Positions 31,270 to 34,999 of a stretch of 34,999 nt of DNA are shown here, piece after piece. A model generated the notes under the pieces. That model made no database searches, was not told the DNA's origin, and saw only the letters and a list, made by a program, of their open reading frames with translations. This DNA comes from Steroidobacteraceae bacterium (GTDB lineage Bacteria; Pseudomonadota; Gammaproteobacteria; Steroidobacterales; Steroidobacteraceae). Where the stretch lies: NCBI GenBank assembly GCA_021325695.1, contig JAJTCR010000001.1:1-34999 (forward strand). Reading direction: 5' to 3'. Each line of letters begins with the position of its first letter. Position 1 is the first letter of the stretch. The position numbers and the translations under genes were made by a program.

Positions 31270-31273
<4 letters not shown>
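30344..31273 (+). CDS. metF: 5,10-methylenetetrahydrofolate reductase
   Basis: Motifs SFEFFPP ... [14 protein letters not shown] ... LTC ... RHVVALRGD ... AAYPE.HPEA ... TQFFFD are present. GGAGGG lies upstream of the ATG at 30344. Confidence 0.92.
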
Positions 31274-34980
<3,707 letters not shown>

Positions 34981-34999
34981 GCGCTCATTTGCCGGCCAG

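Overview
This is a high-GC chromosomal segment, roughly 63-72% GC by hand counts of sampled 60-nt lines. Its gene order is a gammaproteobacterial-type core layout resembling Pseudomonas and Xanthomonas. I support 31 complete CDS and one partial CDS, densely packed and often joined by 4-nt GTGA or ATGA start/stop overlaps.

Gene content from left to right:
- 3-hydroxyanthranilate dioxygenase, followed by a secreted hypothetical protein.
- Minus strand: lptD-surA-pdxA-rsmA-(usp)-apaG-apaH.
- Plus strand: amgK-murU (MurNAc recycling), then lipA-lipB.
- Minus strand: the cell-elongation supercluster mreBCD-mrdA-rodA-mltB-dacC, then dat-ybeD.
- Plus strand: gatCAB, class I fumarase, hslO.
- Minus strand: a pair made of a membrane-anchored YheO-like PAS protein and a CPBP protease.
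- Plus strand: a SahR-type regulator followed by metF-metH.

I saw no rRNA, tRNA, CRISPR array, transposase, integrase, phage gene or recognisable defence gene. This is mostly ordinary housekeeping DNA, and I cannot point to a clear novel multi-gene system.

The items that stand out:
1. A roughly 158-nt hairpin element fills the gatA-gatB spacer exactly. It is built from tandem GTGGCTA heptamers and carries a perfect AGGAGGTG Shine-Dalgarno plus a 14-codon mini-ORF. A third inverted partial copy lies downstream of gatB.
2. The YheO-like PAS protein lacks an HTH, is membrane-tethered, and is paired with a CPBP intramembrane protease. This pair is divergent from sahR.
3. An 18-bp AT-only palindrome sits about 10 nt upstream of the sahR start, and the sahR effector domain has degenerate SAM-binding motifs.
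4. A roughly 125-nt palindromic element lies between murU and lipA.

All family assignments come from recognising conserved motifs by eye. No database search was possible.
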